Shown in pieces: positions 27,774-37,222 of a stretch of 64,000 nucleotides of DNA (the first letter of the stretch is position 1; every line of letters starts with the position of its first letter). The stretch comes from Elusimicrobiota bacterium (GTDB taxonomy: Bacteria > Elusimicrobiota > Elusimicrobia > UBA1565 > UBA9628): positions 23,812-87,811 of the forward strand of contig JACRDT010000004.1 in assembly GCA_016212795.1 (NCBI GenBank). The letters are read 5' to 3'. The notes below the pieces were generated by a model. The model saw only the letters and a list, made by a program, of their open reading frames with translations, was not told where the DNA came from and did no database searches. Both the position numbers and the translations under genes were made by a program.

Positions 27774-28889
27774 ATGCATAAGGCGCAGTCCATCCTGGTG
27801 GTGGATGACGATGCCGAGATCCTCATGGTCTGCGCCGCGGCCCTGCGCATGGAGGGCTATCCCGTCGATGAGGCCCGGGGGGGCGGCGAGGCCGTCGAGA
27901 AGCTGTCCGCGCATTACGACATCGTCCTGACCGACCTGATGATGCCGCCCCCGGACGGCATCCAGGTCCTGCGCGACGTGAAGGCCCGCTCGCCCTCCAC
28001 CGACGTCATCATCATGACGGCTTCGCCCTCCCTGGACTCCGCCATCTCGGCGGTGAAGGAGGGCGCTTACGACTACCTGCGCAAGCCGTTCAAGAAGGAG
28101 GAGCTCCGGGCCGTCATCCGGCGCTGCGCCGAGGCCCGCGTCACCAAGCAGGAGCTGGCGACGGAGCGGCACCTGCGCGAGGAGCTCCAGGCCGCCTACC
28201 AGGAGCTCAAGAGGATGGAGCAGCTCAAGGAAGGCTTCATCTGCCGGGTCAGCCACGAGCTGCGCACCCCCTTGACCCAGGTGGTCGGCTGCCTCGAGCT
28301 CATCGAGCGCCACCAGGGCGACCCCGCCTGCGCCAAAGACAAGCTCAAGTCCGCCGTGGACGGCGCTCGCCGCCTGCGGGAGGTCGTCGAGGACATCGTG
28401 AGTTTCGCGGAGATCCAGGAGCCCGGGCTCGAGCTCGACAAAAAGCCCGTCGACTTCGGCCCCGTCATCGAGCGGGTCCTCGAGGAGACCGCGCCGGAGT
28501 GGCAGGCCAGGGGGCTGACGATCTCGACCCATCTCGAGGAGAACCGCGAGGTGGTCGCGGACGCCGGCATGCTCGAGCGGGCCCTGAGGCACCTGATCCT
28601 CAACGCTATCCGGTTCAACAAACAGGGCGGCGCCGTGGAGATCCGCGTCCAGGACGCGCCGGAGGGGCTGGAGATCGCGATCAAAGACACCGGCGAGGGC
28701 GTCCCCCTGGACCAGCGCCTGACCATCTTCGACGCCTTCTACCAGATCGCGGAGTTCATGACGCGCAAGGTGCGCGGCCTGGGCCTGGGCCTGGCCCTGG
28801 TCAAGAGGATCGCCGAGGCGCACGGCGGCACGGTGACGGTCGAGAGCACTCCCGGCGAGGGCAGCACCTTCCGCCTCAGGCTGCCCTGA
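27774..28889 (+). CDS. Hybrid receiver-histidine kinase
   Basis: REC (LVVDDD, TDLMMP, YLRKPF) plus [24 protein letters not shown]. Confidence 0.93.
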   Translation: MHKAQSILVVDDDAEILMVCAAALRMEGYPVDEARGGGEAVEKLSAHYDIVLTDLMMPPPDGIQVLRDVKARSPSTDVIIMTASPSLDSAISAVKEGAYDYLRKPFKKEELRAVIRRCAEARVTKQELATERHLREELQAAYQELKRMEQLKEGFICRVSHELRTPLTQVVGCLELIERHQGDPACAKDKLKSAVDGARRLREVVEDIVSFAEIQEPGLELDKKPVDFGPVIERVLEETAPEWQARGLTISTHLEENREVVADAGMLERALRHLILNAIRFNKQGGAVEIRVQDAPEGLEIAIKDTGEGVPLDQRLTIFDAFYQIAEFMTRKVRGLGLGLALVKRIAEAHGGTVTVESTPGEGSTFRLRLP

Positions 28890-28896
28890 CGGGTCG

Positions 28897-30282
28897 TCAG
28901 GGCTTTTCTTTCGAGACGCGCTCGAGCGCCCTCTTCGCTTTGCGATGGCCCGGGTCCGACTGGAGGCAGGCTTTCCAGAGCGCGACGGCGTCCGCGGTCC
29001 CGCCGGCCGAGTAGGCCCTCACGCCCTTGAGGTAGAGGGCCTGGGCCGCGGGGCTGATGACCGCCGGCTTCGAGGCGTCGGCCGGCGCTTCCCCTGGGGG
29101 GGAGACCGGGGGCTTCCGGGCCCGTCGCGCCGATTCGTCAGCCTCCTCGAAAAGCCGGCCGACATCCGCCTCCCGCGCCTGCTCTCTCCCCGGGGCTTTG
29201 GCCGCCGCGGGCGCCTTCTTGTCGCCGCCGCGCAGTTCGTCCGGCCAGGGGATATCGACGGCTTCGGCGCCCTGCGTCCGCGGGACCGGGACCGTGACCG
29301 ACACCGGTTCCGGCGAGGGGGCCGGCCGCGGCGGGGCCGGGGGGGGGAGCTTGGCCAGGTCCTCGGCGCCAGAGAGATAGAACCTGGCCTCGGCGTTCCC
29401 CGGGTCGGCCTCGAGCACTTTCTTCCACAGCCGGATCGAGTCGGCGTAATCGTCCTTCTTGAAAGCGTTCAAGGCCTGGACCGCGGTCCAGAGGAGCTCC
29501 TCCTTGCGCTTCTCGAGGTCCTTGATCGTGGCGGCGAGCGTCCGGATGCCGGCCAGGACCTTCGGGTTTTCCATTTGCGAGATCAAGTCGCTAGCCCCCC
29601 CGCTGCTCGCCCCCCCGCGGGGGGGGCGAGCGATTTGGGGGCGAGCAGTGGGGGGGCTCTGCGCTGTTTTCTTGTCTTCCCCCCAAACCTCGGCGTGGTA
29701 CCTCTCGATCATGGCGGCCTCGGCCAGCGGGCCCGTGGGGTAGGTCCCAGGCCATCTCCCCTTCCAGCGCGGCTCGTCGGCGAGGCGAGGATGGAATTCG
29801 AGGAGCGTCTTCTGAAGTTCGACCTTCGCGTTGGCCAGCGGCTGCATGGCCCGGAAGGAGATGGGGATGTCCGCCAGGGCCTTGGCGTAGGCCTCGAAGC
29901 CGGCCCTGGCCCGGGACGGGTCCCGGATCATGGACGCGATCTTGCCGATCCGGTCTTTCCACGCGAGGACCTCGGCGCTCCGGTCCGAGTCCTTCCGGGC
30001 GGCGCCGGGCTCCTGGAGCTCTTTCAGCAGGGCTTCTTTCTCCGCCAGGGCCTTCTCCCGCTCCCGCCTGTCGAGTTCCTCGGCGGTCTTCCTCAGCTGT
30101 TCCCTGGCGCCGGGGTGGCCCGGGGCCTCGAGCAGGACGTCCATGAACCCTTCCAACGCTTCCTCGAATCGGCCTCCCTCGAAGTCCGCGAGGCTGGCGG
30201 TGTAGGCCAGGTCGGCCCTGATCCTGCGGTCCTGCGCCGCGAAGCAATGGGCGGCGAGCAGCAGGGCGATGAACGCGTTCAT
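28897..30282 (-). CDS. Exported TPR-containing protein
   Basis: Start [15 protein letters not shown]; TPR-like units ([22 protein letters not shown]); Pro-rich linker. Confidence 0.75.
   Translation of the reverse strand: MNAFIALLLAAHCFAAQDRRIRADLAYTASLADFEGGRFEEALEGFMDVLLEAPGHPGAREQLRKTAEELDRREREKALAEKEALLKELQEPGAARKDSDRSAEVLAWKDRIGKIASMIRDPSRARAGFEAYAKALADIPISFRAMQPLANAKVELQKTLLEFHPRLADEPRWKGRWPGTYPTGPLAEAAMIERYHAEVWGEDKKTAQSPPTARPQIARPPRGGASSGGASDLISQMENPKVLAGIRTLAATIKDLEKRKEELLWTAVQALNAFKKDDYADSIRLWKKVLEADPGNAEARFYLSGAEDLAKLPPPAPPRPAPSPEPVSVTVPVPRTQGAEAVDIPWPDELRGGDKKAPAAAKAPGREQAREADVGRLFEEADESARRARKPPVSPPGEAPADASKPAVISPAAQALYLKGVRAYSAGGTADAVALWKACLQSDPGHRKAKRALERVSKEKP
29592..29672. 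repeat. Palindromic REP-like element in-frame within the TPR gene
   Basis: AGCCCCCCCGCTGCTCGCCCCC...GGGGGCGAGCAGTGGGGGGGCT inverted repeat with a nested CCCCCCGCGGGGGG core. Confidence 0.65.
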
Positions 30283-32297
30283 GGGAGCGCGCCAGGACAG
30301 GCGGAGCCGGCCGCGGACCGGCTCCCCAGGAGACGGTCCGCCAGCCTCAGGGCGAAGGCGTAGATCGTCATCTGCGGGTTGACCCCGAGGCTCTCGGGCA
30401 CGACCGAGCCGTCGCAGACATGGATGCCGGGCGCAAGCCTCAGGTCCTCGTCCACGACCCTGCCCATGCCGCAGGTCCCCAGCGGGTGGAAGGCCATGCT
30501 GTAAAGCTGCTCCGGCCGCACGGGACGGCCGGTCTCCTCCTCGAGCCGGCCGAGGTCGGCGACCTCGTTGCCGGGACGGTTGAACGGGAGCAGCAGGCGC
30601 TCCGCCCCGGCCGCCAGGAAGATCTCGCCCACGAACCGGGCGGCCGCCGCCAGCCGGCGGATGTCGGCGGGGGAGAGGTCGTAGCGGATGAGGGGGAGGC
30701 CGGGGCCCAGGGGGTAGCGGACGGAGCCGCGTGCTTCGTCGCGGATCATGTAGCCGAAGGCCGCGACGTGGTCGTAGCGGTCCAGCCACCAACGCAGGCG
30801 GGACCCTTCCAGGGCCATGGTGACGGCCGAGGTCGCCCTCGGGGTGAAGACGCCCTCGCAGCGGATGGCTGGGTCTTGCGGGTGCTCGACGCCCACGCCT
30901 TGGGGCACGCCCTCCCACCCGCGCACCGGCTCGGCGAAATGGGCGAAGACCTTCCCCGCCGGATGGAGGGAGAGCCCGTCTCCCGCCAGGCGCCAGGCCG
31001 GCCCCAGGCGGAAGGCCCGGACGAAATACGGCGTGGCCAGCGCGCCGGCCGCGAGGACGAGCTCCCCGCATTCGAGTGTCCGGCCGCGCGGGTGGCCCGA
31101 GTCGCGCACGACCACGGACACGGGGCCTCGGCCTGGCCTCGGGGCCCGCACGCCCACCAGTTCGGCGCCCGTCGCCACCGTCAGGTTCGGGTCGTCCGCG
31201 AGAGGGGAGAGGAAGGCCTTGGCGGAGGTCATCTTGGCGTCGCGCGGGCAGACGAAGCAGCAGCGGCCGGACCCGGCGCAGCCGTCCTCGCTGCGGTCGA
31301 GCGGGGCCCCGGTCTTGATGCCCAGCCGGGCCAGGCCCTCCAGCACGATCTTCGACGACCCGCTCAGCGTGGCCTCCGGAGCCCGCTTGACCTTCAGGCG
31401 TTCCCATGCCTCATCGAGGAAGCGCGAGAACCCGGCCTTGTCGAAGCGGCCTCCGCCGGCTTTCTCCCAGCGCTCCAGCAGGTCCGCGGGTGTCCGGAGG
31501 CACGTGCCCGAGTTGATGACCGTGGTGCCGCCCAGCGCCGTCCCGGTCGGGATGGGGATCATGGCGTTGCCCATGGAGGCGACGAAGCAGCATTGAGTGT
31601 AGTAGCGGTACACCGCCGCCATCGGGTCGTCGGGGACGGACGCGGCGGGGCCTTTCTCCAGCAGCAAGACCCTGCAGCCTCCCGCGGCCAGCCTGGCCGC
31701 CGCCGCGCCCCCGCCCGCCCCGCTGCCCGCGACGATGATGTCAAATCGCTTGCCCCCCCGGGTACCCGAGCGGCCTTGGCCGCTTGGGTGTGGGGGCAAG
31801 CAGCCGGGGGGGCTGATTTTCGTTTCATTAAGAGCCGTCTCCTCAGTCCGCTCCCCCCGCGCTGCTTGGGCCGGGAGGCCCGGGGTCCGGGGGGGCGAGC
31901 AGCCGGGGGGGATAGTCGCTGTTTCGAGCTTCTTGGGGTCCGCATAGCACCCCGCGTGCACGACGCTCTTGAGGGCCATGAAGGGCCCCCTGACCAGGGG
32001 GGAGGAGACGAGCTGCAGCCGCCGCAGGACCTCGTCGGCCTGCTCCGGCCCGAGGCGGTCGAACCGCCGGGGCTTGCCGAGGAAGATGAAGGGGAGCAGC
32101 CAACGCAGCGCGAAGGCCGCCCCCGAGGCCAGGAGGACGGCCCACCAAGGCAGCGCCTTCACGCGCAGCTCGACGCCCTCGCGCAGCCGCGCCGCGGCCG
32201 GGGCGGAGCCGTCGGCGGCCCCGCTCCCCGGGGCCGAGGCGATGAGCCTGGCGTAGGCGAGGGCGTGGCCCGCGAGGAGGTCGGCCGCGAAGCTCAT
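30279..32297 (-). CDS. GMC-family oxidoreductase with N-terminal helical domain
   Basis: AGSGAGG, GGTTVINSG, CAGSGRC, HPLGTCGMG, CDGSV, GVNPQMTI; start MSFAADLL. Confidence 0.88.
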   Translation of the reverse strand: MSFAADLLAGHALAYARLIASAPGSGAADGSAPAAARLREGVELRVKALPWWAVLLASGAAFALRWLLPFIFLGKPRRFDRLGPEQADEVLRRLQLVSSPLVRGPFMALKSVVHAGCYADPKKLETATIPPGCSPPRTPGLPAQAARGERTEETALNETKISPPGCLPPHPSGQGRSGTRGGKRFDIIVAGSGAGGGAAAARLAAGGCRVLLLEKGPAASVPDDPMAAVYRYYTQCCFVASMGNAMIPIPTGTALGGTTVINSGTCLRTPADLLERWEKAGGGRFDKAGFSRFLDEAWERLKVKRAPEATLSGSSKIVLEGLARLGIKTGAPLDRSEDGCAGSGRCCFVCPRDAKMTSAKAFLSPLADDPNLTVATGAELVGVRAPRPGRGPVSVVVRDSGHPRGRTLECGELVLAAGALATPYFVRAFRLGPAWRLAGDGLSLHPAGKVFAHFAEPVRGWEGVPQGVGVEHPQDPAIRCEGVFTPRATSAVTMALEGSRLRWWLDRYDHVAAFGYMIRDEARGSVRYPLGPGLPLIRYDLSPADIRRLAAAARFVGEIFLAAGAERLLLPFNRPGNEVADLGRLEEETGRPVRPEQLYSMAFHPLGTCGMGRVVDEDLRLAPGIHVCDGSVVPESLGVNPQMTIYAFALRLADRLLGSRSAAGSACPGALP
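31743..31930 (-). repeat. Two tandem palindromic REP-like elements forming the GMC interdomain linker
   Basis: GAAAC...CCCCCCCGGCTGCT(C/T)GCCCCC leader twice; second copy begins TTAATGAAACG as at 35493. Confidence 0.65.
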
Positions 32298-33691
32298 CCT
32301 CTCTCCACGGACTCCACGGCGGCGGCGTCGGAGGTCCCGAGGTCCTCCGTCGCGCCGCCGTCCTTGGAGGATAGGCGCAGGCGCAGGGAGCCGACCTTGG
32401 AGTTGGCGCACCTCAGGACCCGGCCGTCCGCGTCGTCGTAGTCGAACGCCGCCGTCATCCCCGGAGCGGGCGCGCAGCCTCCCTCGGCGACGAAGTCCCC
32501 GAAGTCGACGCGAAAGCCCCAGCCGCCGCCGGTCGGCCAGGTGGCGTTCCTCAGCCCCATCGTCAAGCCGACGGAAGCATGGTGGCGCCCCTTGCGCCAC
32601 AGGTGCGCGACGGTGACCCTGGGCAGGACGAGCGGTCCCAGGCGGCCTCGAGCGGACAGGATCTCGAAGACCGCCGTGCCGTCTCCGGCGAGAGGAGAGC
32701 GGCCCGCGCCTGCGACGGCCTGTCCTCCTTGCGACAGGCCGTCCCCGGAGGGGTCATCCATCACCGCGTGCGCCCAGCGCCAGCATTCGGCTTTGCGTCT
32801 TCCCCAAAGATGGCCGACGCTCCCGGGAGCCCGCGTGAAGCCGTAGGCGCGGTCCCCGACGCGGATCTCCCCGTCGAAGCAGGCCAGGGGGAGCGCGCTG
32901 GCGTAGACCGTGCCGGCGAGCCCCCAGAGGTGCAGAGCGTCCGGGACGAAGCGGAAAGGCGGGGCTTCGGGCTTCGACCACCGGAGGCGCCAGCTCACCT
33001 CGTCGCCGTCGCAATCGGCCCCGTCGCGGCGCAGGACGCCCTGGGCGATTCGGCAGACCGTCTCCCCTCCGCCGAAGACGCCGGGCCCCGCCGCCGTCCA
33101 CCGGCCGCAGACCGTCTTGCGTTCGCGGGCGTCGAAGACGGCGTACCACAGGCCGCCCTCCAGGCCCGTGGGCCGGCGCTCCAGGGTGTAGCGCAGCCAG
33201 AGGGCGTCGCGGGTCTTGGGGTCGTTGGCCTTGATGAACCACGCCTCATGGAGGCAGTCCGGCGACTCGCCCGTGCGCGGGCTCCAGAGGTCGGGCGGGC
33301 CGGCGAAGCCCCGGCTCAGGAGGCCGAGGTGGAGCAAGATGGCGCCGTCCACGGCGGCCGCGAGGACGAAGAGGGGGTTGCGCTCCAGGACCGCGAAGGC
33401 CAGGAACAGGCCCGTGGAGACCCCCTTGGAGAGCAGGAGGGCGCGCCAGGCGTGCCCCTGCCGAGGGTCCGAGGCGAGGGAGAACGAAAGGTAGGAGATC
33501 ATCGTCATCATGGACCCGGTCAGGCCCAGCCAGAGGGTCTTTCCCTCGCCGGGAAGGACGCGGGCCCCGGGCAGGAGGCCGGCCCCGAGGTTGACGATCC
33601 CCATGACGCTGCCGGTCAGCGCGACGAAGGATGCCCCGACCGCGAGGAACAGCCAGCCGTAGGCTTTCAGGATGACGCGGGGGCCGGGCAT
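32294..33691 (-). CDS. Membrane protein (4 TM) fused to tocopherol-cyclase/AttH-like beta domain
   Basis: Hydrophobic N-terminus; HEAWF, LWLRYT, GHLWGRR.A..W.WAH, FDYDD.DG....C.NS motifs. Confidence 0.6.
   Translation of the reverse strand: MPGPRVILKAYGWLFLAVGASFVALTGSVMGIVNLGAGLLPGARVLPGEGKTLWLGLTGSMMTMISYLSFSLASDPRQGHAWRALLLSKGVSTGLFLAFAVLERNPLFVLAAAVDGAILLHLGLLSRGFAGPPDLWSPRTGESPDCLHEAWFIKANDPKTRDALWLRYTLERRPTGLEGGLWYAVFDARERKTVCGRWTAAGPGVFGGGETVCRIAQGVLRRDGADCDGDEVSWRLRWSKPEAPPFRFVPDALHLWGLAGTVYASALPLACFDGEIRVGDRAYGFTRAPGSVGHLWGRRKAECWRWAHAVMDDPSGDGLSQGGQAVAGAGRSPLAGDGTAVFEILSARGRLGPLVLPRVTVAHLWRKGRHHASVGLTMGLRNATWPTGGGWGFRVDFGDFVAEGGCAPAPGMTAAFDYDDADGRVLRCANSKVGSLRLRLSSKDGGATEDLGTSDAAAVESVERG
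32678..32748 (+). repeat. 60-bp in-frame insertion element, copy C
   Basis: GCCGTC(T/C)CCGG at 32678 and 32738; CTCCGGCGAGAGGAG core. Confidence 0.65.
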
Positions 33692-33713
33692 GGAAATATC
33701 GTACAATATCCGC
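33692..33713. promoter_or_regulatory. Overlapping divergent -10 boxes (probable leaderless transcripts)
   Basis: TACAAT (33702-33707) 6 nt before ATG33714; TACGAT on the minus strand 6 nt before ATG33691. Confidence 0.6.
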
Positions 33714-34583
33714 ATGACGCCTGAGGTCGGTGTCAGCGCCGTGGGCGAGCCTTCCTCTGAGTCCGTGCCGGCGCAGCGGCGCCTGCGGCGCCGCGCCCCG
33801 GGGGTTGACGACATCCAGGAGAGGATGCGCAGCCTCGAGCGCCGCTTCCAGGAGGCCGCCGAGGAGCTCCGGGACCTGCGCATCGACATCCTCCCGGAGC
33901 CGCGCGCCGAGATCTCGGAGATCAAGGACGAGTGGCACGGCGTCCATTACCGGTGGTGGATCGTCACGCTCTCGGGGGTCCTCGGGCTGTTCGTGCTGTC
34001 GTACGGCCTGTACACGCAGTTCGGGTGGGCCGCCGACCACCGGGTCCTGCCGACCGGCTCGGACTGGCTGCTCAACCACCTGCCCGTGATGAACGTGCTC
34101 CCGGTGCTCTCCTGGGGGTGGCTGGGCCTCCACGTCTTCGCCGGGGCGGCGGCCATCGCCTATCACCCGCGCCGCATGCCGTTCCTCATCTTCCTCCTGA
34201 GCCTCTTCATCGCCATCCGGAGCGTCTTCGTCTTCCTCTCGCCCATCGGGGCTCCGGCCGGCATGGTGGACATGCGGCAGTTCGACTTCCTGTTTTCGCG
34301 CATCATGGGGACCTACACCTTCACCAACGAGTTCGTGTTCTCGGGGCACACGGGCATCCCGTTCCTGTTCTACCTGTTCTTCGAGTCCTTCAGGCTCAGG
34401 GTCGTGATGCTGCTCGGCTCGCTCACCATGGGCGTCTGCGTCCTGCTGTCCCGCAACCACTACACGGTCGACGTGCTGGGGGCCTTCTTCGTCTCGTACG
34501 CGATCTTCGTCCTCGCCGAGCGCCTCTACCAGGGCTACATCCGCCCCTTGTTTCAAATCCTGCCTTCCCGCCAGCGCCACTGA
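33714..34583 (+). CDS. Sphingomyelin/IPC-synthase-like PAP2 membrane protein
   Basis: About 6 TM; FSGHT and RNHYTVDV motifs. Confidence 0.75.
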   Translation: MTPEVGVSAVGEPSSESVPAQRRLRRRAPGVDDIQERMRSLERRFQEAAEELRDLRIDILPEPRAEISEIKDEWHGVHYRWWIVTLSGVLGLFVLSYGLYTQFGWAADHRVLPTGSDWLLNHLPVMNVLPVLSWGWLGLHVFAGAAAIAYHPRRMPFLIFLLSLFIAIRSVFVFLSPIGAPAGMVDMRQFDFLFSRIMGTYTFTNEFVFSGHTGIPFLFYLFFESFRLRVVMLLGSLTMGVCVLLSRNHYTVDVLGAFFVSYAIFVLAERLYQGYIRPLFQILPSRQRH

Positions 34584-34586
34584 GTG

Positions 34587-35555
34587 ATGCGTGAACGAGC
34601 GGCGGCGCCCGTCAGAGCGGCTTCCTGGGAGGCCGTCATCGTCGGCGGCGGTCCCGCTGGGCTCGCGGCGGGCATCCATCTGGCGCGCGCCGGCTACCGG
34701 ACCCTCCTCATCGAGCGCGGCGCTCTCGGCGGCGAGGCCGCCCGCCTCGACCGGGTGGAGAACTACCCCGGCTTCCCTCAGGGCATCGCCGGCCGCGACC
34801 TGATGTCGCTCTGGGTGCGGCAGGCCCGGCGCTGGGGGCTCGAGTTCCGCCGCGCCGAGGCGCGCGGCGTCGAGCGGCGCGCGGGGGTCTTTGGCGTCAA
34901 GCTGTCGAAGGGCGGCGTTATCAGGACCTATGCCGTCATCCTGTGCCCCGGGGCCGAGTTCCGGCGCCTGGGGGTCCCGGGCGAGAAGCGCCTGGCCGGC
35001 GCCGGGGTCTGGAACGCGGCCCTCGACGTCAGCCGGAGGTGGCGCGGCAAGACGGTCGCCGTGGCGGGCTCGGGCGAGACGGCGCTTCGCCAGGCGCTGT
35101 CGCTCTCCAGATTCGCCGCCCACGTCCATCTCCTGAGCCGCTCCGGCCGCCTGAAGGCCAACCGCCTGCTGCGCTGGCGCCTGTCGGAATGCGGGAATGT
35201 CTCGCTGCTGCCCGGGGCCGTCATCGAGCGCCTCGAGGGCCGCCGGGCGCTCGAGACGCTCCGGGTCCGGGTGGGGCGCAACGGAGGCACGGAGCGCGTC
35301 TCGGTCAAGGCGGACGCGCTCTTCGTCCTGGCGGGCAAGGAGGGCCGGCGTTTCCCCGTGCAGGGGGGGGGCCGGTCGCCGGGGATCTTCGCCGCCGGCG
35401 ACGCGTCTTCCGGCCGGTTCCGGCAGGTGGCCGTCGCCGGAGGGGACGGCTTGAGGGCGGCCATGAAGTGCATGGAGTTTCTCGAGGCAGCCTTAATGAA
35501 ACGGCATATGCCCCCACGGCTACTTGCCTCCCCGCGGGGGAGGAAAGTTACTTGA
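34587..35555 (+). CDS. Thioredoxin-reductase-like flavoprotein lacking CxxC
   Basis: GGGPAG, ENYPGF, LGVPGE, GIFAAGD, RQVAVA.GDG; GVWNAALD replaces GVSYCAxCD. Confidence 0.8.
   Translation: MRERAAAPVRAASWEAVIVGGGPAGLAAGIHLARAGYRTLLIERGALGGEAARLDRVENYPGFPQGIAGRDLMSLWVRQARRWGLEFRRAEARGVERRAGVFGVKLSKGGVIRTYAVILCPGAEFRRLGVPGEKRLAGAGVWNAALDVSRRWRGKTVAVAGSGETALRQALSLSRFAAHVHLLSRSGRLKANRLLRWRLSECGNVSLLPGAVIERLEGRRALETLRVRVGRNGGTERVSVKADALFVLAGKEGRRFPVQGGGRSPGIFAAGDASSGRFRQVAVAGGDGLRAAMKCMEFLEAALMKRHMPPRLLASPRGRKVT
35493..35549. repeat. Palindromic REP-like element forming the TrxR-like C-terminal tail
   Basis: TTAATGAAACGG..GCCCCCACGGCTACTTGCCTCCCCGCGGGGGAGGAAAGT, near-identical to 18028-18090. 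Confidence 0.7.
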
Positions 35556-37222
35556 AAATAGTCTCTCGGCGCGAGATCCCCGGGCTGGCGGTCAACTACC
35601 TGGCGGACCTGGGCGGCGCCGGCCGCGCGCCCGGTCCCGCGAGGCTCGCGGAGTTCGTCGACACCTTGGAGCCGGGCATCCCCAAGGCCGAGAAGTGGGT
35701 CATGATGATCTCGACCCAGTTCGGCTGCCCGGTGGGCTGCAGCATGTGCGACGGGGGTCTCCTGGGATTCCACGGCAACCTCACGGCGGACCAGATGCTG
35801 GCCCAGGTGCGGCGCATCGCGGCCGGGAACCCGGCCCTCGACATCGGGACCCATCCCAAGGTGAAGATCCATTTCGCGAGGATGGGCGAGCCTTCCTTGA
35901 ACCCGGCCGTCCTCGACGCGCTGGAGCTGCTCGGCCGGGAGTACCCGCACCAGGGCGTGATGCCGAGCCTCTCGACCGTGGCGCCCAAGAGCCGGGCGAC
36001 CGCGCCGTTCTTCGACAGGCTCATCGAGGTCAAGGACCGGCATTTCGGCGGCGGGCGCTTCCAGCTCCAGTTCTCCCTCCACGCCGTGGACTCCGGGTCC
36101 CGGCGCGGCGTCATCCCCATCCCCACGTGGAGCCTGGATGAGGTCGCGGCCTACGGGCGGCGGTTCGTCCGGCCCGGGGACCGCAGGATCACGCTGAATT
36201 TCGCCCTGGGTCCCGGCGGGACCATCGACGCCGCCGCCCTGGCGGCGGCCTTCGACCCCGCCCTGTTCCTCGTCAAGGTCACGCCGATCAACCCGACGAA
36301 GGCGGCCGAGGCGTCCGGCTCGGCCAACGTCTGGATGCAGGCGCCGCCGTCCGTCCAATCCCCGGCCGACGAGCTCGTCCGCCGCGGGTTCAGGGTCATC
36401 CTCTCGCCCAGCGCCCAAGAGGAGATCGAGGCGGAGACTTCCTGCGGGCAGCTCTGGTCGGGGGAGTTCAAGACGGCCGCCGATGTCGCGCTGGCCAACC
36501 GGCGCCGCGAACGGCGTTCTTACGTCAGGCCCTCCACCCTGCCGGCCCGGGCGGCGGCATGGCTGGGAGAGGCCCGGAAAACGGGCAGGCGCGAGTTCCC
36601 GCTCGAGCCGGGGAGCGCCGCCCTGCTGGTCGTCGACATGCAGGAGTTCTTCCTGAGCCGGCGCTCGCCGGCCTACGCCCCGCAGGCCCGGGCCGTCCTG
36701 CCCAACGTGCGCGCGCTCGTCGAGGCCTTCCGGCGCGCCGGGCGGCCCGCGCTCTTCACGCTCCACGCCCACGAGGATCCCGCCCGCGACGGGGGCCTCA
36801 TGACGTGGTGGTGGGACAAGGCGTGCCTGGCGGGCACCCCTGAGGCTTCGGTGTCGCCGGTGCTGGAGCCCGCGAGAGGGGAGGTGCTGCGCAAGTGCCG
36901 CTACAGCGCCTTCACCAACCCTTCGCTGGAGAGGCGCCTGCGCCGCTCCGGCGTGAGCCAGCTGGTCGTCGCCGGGGTCATGACCAACCTGTGCGTCGAA
37001 TCGACGGTGCGCGACGCTTTCGACCTCGGGTTCAAGACGTTCGTCGTCGCGGACGCGACCGCGGCCCACACGGAGGAGCTCCACGTCGGGTCGCTCAGGA
37101 GCATGGCGCAGGGGTTCTCGGCCGTCCGCCTGACCGCGGCGCTGGCGCGGGAGACGGTGGAGGCCGAGAGAGCGCGCGCCGACGAGGATGTTGCGCCGTG
37201 CCTTCAAGGGGGGACTCAGTGA
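35552..37222 (+). CDS. RlmN/Cfr-like radical SAM domain fused to isochorismatase-family cysteine hydrolase
   Basis: TTG start after GGAGG, overlapping the upstream TGA; STQFGCPVGCSMCD, RMGEP, SCGQL; then LLVVDMQ, KCRYSAF, GVMTNLCVESTVRDA. Confidence 0.8.
   Translation: MKIVSRREIPGLAVNYLADLGGAGRAPGPARLAEFVDTLEPGIPKAEKWVMMISTQFGCPVGCSMCDGGLLGFHGNLTADQMLAQVRRIAAGNPALDIGTHPKVKIHFARMGEPSLNPAVLDALELLGREYPHQGVMPSLSTVAPKSRATAPFFDRLIEVKDRHFGGGRFQLQFSLHAVDSGSRRGVIPIPTWSLDEVAAYGRRFVRPGDRRITLNFALGPGGTIDAAALAAAFDPALFLVKVTPINPTKAAEASGSANVWMQAPPSVQSPADELVRRGFRVILSPSAQEEIEAETSCGQLWSGEFKTAADVALANRRRERRSYVRPSTLPARAAAWLGEARKTGRREFPLEPGSAALLVVDMQEFFLSRRSPAYAPQARAVLPNVRALVEAFRRAGRPALFTLHAHEDPARDGGLMTWWWDKACLAGTPEASVSPVLEPARGEVLRKCRYSAFTNPSLERRLRRSGVSQLVVAGVMTNLCVESTVRDAFDLGFKTFVVADATAAHTEELHVGSLRSMAQGFSAVRLTAALARETVEAERARADEDVAPCLQGGTQ

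Noticed and set aside
35552-36480. Calling the radical SAM gene rlmN/cfr
   Set aside because: Lacks the second conserved Cys and the N-terminal domain, and is fused to a hydrolase
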